Source of the DNA: Oceanispirochaeta sp.
GTDB lineage: Bacteria > Spirochaetota > Spirochaetia > DSM-2461
Assembly: GCA_963663385.2 (NCBI GenBank)
Contig: CAXXXD010000004.1
Span: 928,001 to 992,000 of the forward strand
Length of the DNA: 64,000 nucleotides
Direction of reading: 5' to 3'
Below the pieces are notes generated by a model. That model did not search any database. It was not told the DNA's origin and was given only the letters and a program-made list of their open reading frames with translations. Below are positions 50,422 through 64,000 of the stretch, one piece after another (within the stretch, counting starts at the first letter, position 1; the number at the start of each line of letters is the position of its first letter). A program made the translations under genes and the position numbers.

Positions 50422-52044
50422 ATGAAGAAGTACATTTTTGTTACCGGCGGAGTCTGTTCCAGTCTTGGAAAAGGTTTGGCCTCCGCCTCCTTGGGAACTT
50501 TGTTGGAAAGCCGCGGCTTTTCTGTCTGTATGATAAAAATTGATCCGTATATTAATGTTGACGCTGGCACAATGAGCCCCTATCAGCACGGGGAAGTATA
50601 TGTAACCGATGATGGCGCTGAAACTGATCTGGATCTGGGGAATTATGCACGGTTCACCAACTCTCCCCTCAGTGCGGCCCACTCCATCACTACCGGTCAG
50701 ATTTACGATACGGTTATCCGGAAAGAGCGGGAAGGAAAATTTCTCGGCAAGTGTGTTCAGGTTGTTCCGCATATTACTGACGAAATTAAAAGACGGATTA
50801 TCTCACTGGGTGAAAAACCTGAGATTGATGTAACCATAGTTGAGATCGGCGGAACTGTCGGGGATATTGAATCCATCCCCTACCTGGAAGCTGTTCGGCA
50901 GATCATTCATGAGAAAGGTCATGAAAATGCTCTTTCCGTTCATCTGACACTCGTTCCGACTGTAACTGGCGGGGAAGTGAAGACTAAACCCACTCAACAC
51001 TCTGTTAAGGATATGCGGGAAATCGGTATTCAACCAGATGTTCTTCTGTGCCGCTGTCAGGAAGAACTTCCTGCTGATCTTAAACGAAAAATAGCCCTGT
51101 TTACCAATATCGATTTTGACTGTGTTCTATCTGCTCATGATGTGGATACTACTATCTATGAAATCCCTGTAGTGTATCATGCTCAGGGAATGGATGAAGT
51201 CGTATGCCGAAAGATGGGCATACGGGGACGGAAGTCTCGTATCTCTGCATGGGAGAAGATGGCTGATATTCATAAGAATGCGGATCAGGCTGCGAAAATA
51301 GCTATGGTTGGCAAGTATATTGAGCTGGGTGATGCCTATAAATCTGTGGATGAAGCTCTTGTTCATGGCGCATTGTCGAATAAGGTCCGTCTGGATCTGG
51401 AAAAAATCGATTCAGAATTGATTGAGAAAAAAATTGCTGCCGGGGAAGACCTTTCTGAAGTATTCAACGGTTTTGACGGAATTCTTATTCCCGGAGGATT
51501 CGGTTCCCGCGGAATATTGGGGATGGTTCAGGCAGCACAGTATGCCCGTGAAAACAAAATACCCTGTCTGGGAATCTGTCTGGGGCTTCAGATTATGGTT
51601 ATTGAATATAGCCGGAATGTGCTGGGCATTGCCGATGCAGACAGTTCAGAATTCCGTCCCGAGGGTGATAATTCTGTTGTTTCTCTTCTGGAAGAACAGG
51701 TTGATGTTACAGCTTATGGCGGGACTATGCGGCTGGGACTTAGTGAATCTGTTGTTAAAGAAGGAACAAATATAAATAAAGCTTATGGCAGTACATCCAT
51801 ATTTGAAAGGCATCGGCATCGTTATGAGGTCTCCAATACCTATAGGGAAAGACTGGCGGAGGCCGGGCTGATCATTTCGGGTACTACTTCCGACAAGTCC
51901 CTGGTTGAATCCGTCGAGTGGCCGGATCACCCATGGAGTGTCGGGGTTCAGTTTCATCCGGAGTTTTGTTCTTCCCCTTTGAAACCGGGGCCTCTATTCA
52001 GGGATTTTATCTACCATAGTTTAAAGAACAGTAATAAAATCTGA
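50422..52044 (+). CDS. pyrG: CTP synthase
   Basis: FVTGGVCSSLGKG, HGEVYVTDDGAETDLDLG, KTKPTQHS, GICLGLQ, QFHPE. Confidence 0.99.
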   Translation: MKKYIFVTGGVCSSLGKGLASASLGTLLESRGFSVCMIKIDPYINVDAGTMSPYQHGEVYVTDDGAETDLDLGNYARFTNSPLSAAHSITTGQIYDTVIRKEREGKFLGKCVQVVPHITDEIKRRIISLGEKPEIDVTIVEIGGTVGDIESIPYLEAVRQIIHEKGHENALSVHLTLVPTVTGGEVKTKPTQHSVKDMREIGIQPDVLLCRCQEELPADLKRKIALFTNIDFDCVLSAHDVDTTIYEIPVVYHAQGMDEVVCRKMGIRGRKSRISAWEKMADIHKNADQAAKIAMVGKYIELGDAYKSVDEALVHGALSNKVRLDLEKIDSELIEKKIAAGEDLSEVFNGFDGILIPGGFGSRGILGMVQAAQYARENKIPCLGICLGLQIMVIEYSRNVLGIADADSSEFRPEGDNSVVSLLEEQVDVTAYGGTMRLGLSESVVKEGTNINKAYGSTSIFERHRHRYEVSNTYRERLAEAGLIISGTTSDKSLVESVEWPDHPWSVGVQFHPEFCSSPLKPGPLFRDFIYHSLKNSNKI

Positions 52045-52066
52045 TTTTATCCGTTTGCAGTTTCAG

Positions 52067-52095
52067 GGCTGATTCCCAGGGGAGTCAGCCTTTTT
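52067..52095 (+). terminator. Intrinsic terminator after pyrG
   Basis: GGCTGATTCC...GGAGTCAGCC then TTTTT. Confidence 0.75.
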
Positions 52096-52319
52096 CTTTA
52101 TAAGGTAAAACAGATTGAATCGAAATCTTCCATTTCTGAAAAAGCGTAAGGAAGGTAATTTTTTTATATCCATTCTCATTATCTGTCAGGTATAGGTTGT
52201 GATAGTTGGACGGTCGCTGATAAACAGAAAAAAACAATAAGTTTAAACTGTTTAATTATTGTATTGTAATAGTTTAAGTATTTCTGGCCTATTTTAAAGA
52301 TATTTTTTTTAATATTCGG

Positions 52320-52349
52320 TTGACAAAAAAGCGCGATAAGTTATATATT
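52320..52349 (+). promoter_or_regulatory. rRNA operon 1 promoter
   Basis: TTGACA(52320) then TATATA/TATATT; AT-rich UP-like tract upstream, GC-rich sequence and boxA-like TGTTCTTTTACA downstream. Confidence 0.7.
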
Positions 52350-52669
52350 CACGGAGCGCTCGGGGCGATAAGCTGCGAACCGCACAGAACTAAATGTTCT
52401 TTTACAAAGGAATTAGAGAAGGGAAATTGAAGTATTTGACGAGAGTCAAGACTGCTGCGTACCGGAGGCCCGAAGGGCTGAGGAACGCAGTAACTGGTAG
52501 AAATGTTCAAATCTTGAAACTTTACGGTTGAAGGGTTTGTCCTAGACGTTAGTTTTCTTTAGAGATAAAGGGACTGACTTTCGCTTTTAGCTGTTCAGGA
52601 TGATTACATCCGCTTTGCAATGGCTGAGGGTTTTGGTAGAAAGTTATCCACCTTGTGTGGATAAATTAT

Positions 52670-54211
<1,542 letters not shown>

Positions 54212-54408
54212 AGCGTGAAAGGTATAAGTCTTGAGGTTTGTACGCCTTGAGCAGTGAGTCACTATTTATAGTGCCTATCAGTAGTTACGTTCCTCGGTCT
54301 TTGACCTGTGGTACGTAACTTGCTTGATTCTCGTCAACTACTTCTAATTTCCCGTCAGATAATTCCTTAAAGGGCTTTAGGCGATTTGAGTTTAAGGCCA
54401 AACAATTA

Positions 54409-54482
<74 letters not shown>

Positions 54483-54616
54483 TAAAATTAAGTTTGTATC
54501 TTGAACAGGATCAAACTTTTTTTACGCCGAATTGCTTGCAGTGAGGCGGGAGATGCGGGAGGCTTTACTCTTGCGGATCTTTGAAAAGGTAATAGCGAAG
54601 GGATAAATAATAATAT

Positions 54617-57541
<2,925 letters not shown>

Positions 57542-57647
57542 TATTATTATTTATCTCTTCGTTTACAACGATAGGATTGAAAATTGATAAATCTAATTTG
57601 AAGTCCTTGACATAAAGTGATGTTACTCAGTAGAGTGATTATCGCAA

Positions 57648-57756
<109 letters not shown>

Positions 57757-57761
57757 TATCT

Positions 57762-57790
57762 GCCCCTTGCAAATCAGCAAGGGGCTTTTT
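57762..57790 (+). terminator. rrn operon 1 terminator
   Basis: GCCCCTTGC-aaatca-GCAAGGGGC then TTTTT. Confidence 0.85.
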
Positions 57791-58083
57791 AAAGCACATA
57801 ATCGTCAATTTTTTTACTGACCTGATAAAGTAGTATTACAGGTTGGTTTATCTTTTGATTTTCACTTTGATTTTTCCGTCATTAACAGAAAAATGTTAAC
57901 TGGAAAAAGTTGTTTCCAGTTTTAATCTGGATTTTGCTTTAAAAAAAAGAAATATGTAAAAAAATCCTGAAAAGGGTTTACATAAAAGATGATATCGAAT
58001 AGTATCATCCTCACGCCCGTCAAACAGGCGTGAATGACTAAATAACGGCATAGAAAAGAATTAAAATATTTTCTAAAATGCTG

Positions 58084-58113
58084 TTGACAAGAAACAGCAT
58101 ATACTGCTATAAC
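58084..58113 (+). promoter_or_regulatory. rRNA operon 2 promoter
   Basis: TTGACA(58084)-N18-TATAAC with TG extended -10; boxA-like GGCTCTTTTAAA near 58144. Confidence 0.65.
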
Positions 58114-58419
58114 TTGTATCACATTGGCACGGAAGTTGCTAATGGCTCTTTTAAAGATGAATTAGAGAAGGGAAATTGAAGTATTTGACGAGAGTCAAGA
58201 CTGCTGCGTACCGGAAACCCGCAGGGTTGAGGAACGCAGCAACTGGTAGAAATGTTCAAATCCTGAAACTTTACGGTTGAGGGGTTTGTCCTAGACGTTA
58301 GTTTTCTTTAGAGATAAAGGGACTGACTTTCGCTTTCAGCTGTTCAGGATGATTACATCCGCTTTGCAATGGCTGAGGGTTTTGGTAGAAAGTTATCCAC
58401 CTCGTGTGGATAAAATTAT

Positions 58420-59961
<1,542 letters not shown>

Positions 59962-60201
59962 AGCGTGAAAGGTATAAGTCTTGAGGTTTGTACGCCTTGA
60001 GCAGTGAGTCACTATTTATAGTGCCTATCAGTAGTTACGTTCCTCGGTCTTTGACCTGTGGTACGTAACTTGCTTGATTCTCGTTAAATACTTCCAGTTT
60101 CCCTTATTTAAATAGAAATCCGTCAATGGACGGTCGGTTTGAACAGCTTGCTGGTTAAATTGTTTTTACATAGGTAATAGCGAAGGGATAAATAATAATA
60201 T

Positions 60202-63126
<2,925 letters not shown>

Positions 63127-63236
63127 TATTATTATTTATCTCTTCAGTTTTATATAAATTGCAATCGCTTTGGAAGCTAGGAATACTTCTGGAGAGTGAA
63201 TGCTTCTTGTCAGGGTAAGACTTGATAAGATTATTA

Positions 63237-63345
<109 letters not shown>

Positions 63346-63350
63346 TATTT

Positions 63351-63379
63351 GCCCCTTGTCTTAGGATGAGGGGCTTTTT
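63351..63379 (+). terminator. rrn operon 2 terminator
   Basis: GCCCCTTGTC-ttag-GATGAGGGGC then TTTTT. Confidence 0.8.
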
Positions 63380-63516
63380 CTTTTATAACCTCATTCCTTG
63401 GTTTAACTACGAATAATTTAAAATAAATACTTTTTTTGACTTGAATCCGTATGTTAGGTGCTTAAAATTAAACTTGTACTTTCTAAAAAAATGGAGAATA
63501 TAAGAGGAGCTCTCTC

Positions 63517-64000
63517 ATGAGATTGAAGGATCTAAGTATTGGAAAAAAACTATTCTACGGCTGCAGTATGTTACTGGGGTTTATGGGTTGCCTCGGAATT
63601 TTTAATCTTATCAGTATTCAGAATATTCAGGTTATCAACGATGAAATAGCCGAAATAAATTATTCCAAATACAGTCTTTCCGAAGCAAGGCAGGATGGTT
63701 TGAAACTTTTATATACAGGGAATGCTTCGAATACCGCGGCTTCTCAGGAAGATCTTTCCATAGCTTTGCAATCCGTAGCGAATATGCTGGATATTAATAA
63801 AAAATCCAGAAATTTCAATAAACAGGCAGAGCTGGATGGATTGGAATTCCAGAAGAATCTTAAGGATTATATTAGTTCCATAAGTGCTATCGATCAGGCT
63901 TTAAAGGAGAAAAAACAAATAGAACTATCCCTTGAAAAAGATTCAGATTCCATAATGGCTCTACTGGACGGATTGGAACAATTCGGTGTAGATACTGTTG
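63517..64000 (+). CDS. Probable methyl-accepting chemotaxis or sensor protein (5' part; runs off the window)
   Basis: Manual translation MRLKDLSIGKKLFYGCSMLLGFMGCLGIFNLISIQNI..., a typical MCP N-terminus with TM1 and helical sensor region; SD GAGGAG. Confidence 0.7.
   Translation, partial: MRLKDLSIGKKLFYGCSMLLGFMGCLGIFNLISIQNIQVINDEIAEINYSKYSLSEARQDGLKLLYTGNASNTAASQEDLSIALQSVANMLDINKKSRNFNKQAELDGLEFQKNLKDYISSISAIDQALKEKKQIELSLEKDSDSIMALLDGLEQFGVDTV

Noticed and set aside
57791..58083. Small hairpins between the rrn operons (for example TCACGCC/GGCGTGA near 58011-58033) as an ncRNA or MITE
   Set aside because: Short, single-copy in this window, with no terminal repeats or target duplication

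Overview
Core chromosomal region of a free-living spirochaete (the 16S rRNA and gene content look Spirochaetaceae-like; this is by recognition only, no database search). In order it holds: the 3' part of rpoB, rpoC, rpsL-rpsG (no fusA), tuf and the S10-spc-alpha ribosomal protein cluster (no adk/map/infA/rpsD); an uncharacterised 1162-aa membrane protein with a very acidic tail built from two 18-bp tandem repeat arrays; rny-ymdB-tlyA; a GerMN-like gene; ptsI-der; a hypothetical gene with exbB-exbD-tonB-like genes; a HAD hydrolase, a 1112-aa membrane-anchored coiled-coil protein and an AraC-like gene; grpE-dnaK-dnaJ; a roughly 1.7-kb scar of decayed sugar-catabolism genes (SMP-30 lactonase and LpdA fragments, and an internally deleted SorC-type regulator); a Hanks kinase and CBM9-like gene; dtd, ridA and pyrG; two tandem rRNA operons (only the first has tRNA-Ile, and their 5S genes differ with compensatory changes); and the start of a probable chemoreceptor. 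No mobile element or CRISPR array was seen. The best leads are the acidic repeat membrane protein, the mini-SorC and pseudogene scar, the divergent 5S paralogues, paired DnaA-box-like motifs before both 16S genes, and a possibly leaderless, CTP-sensitive pyrG start.
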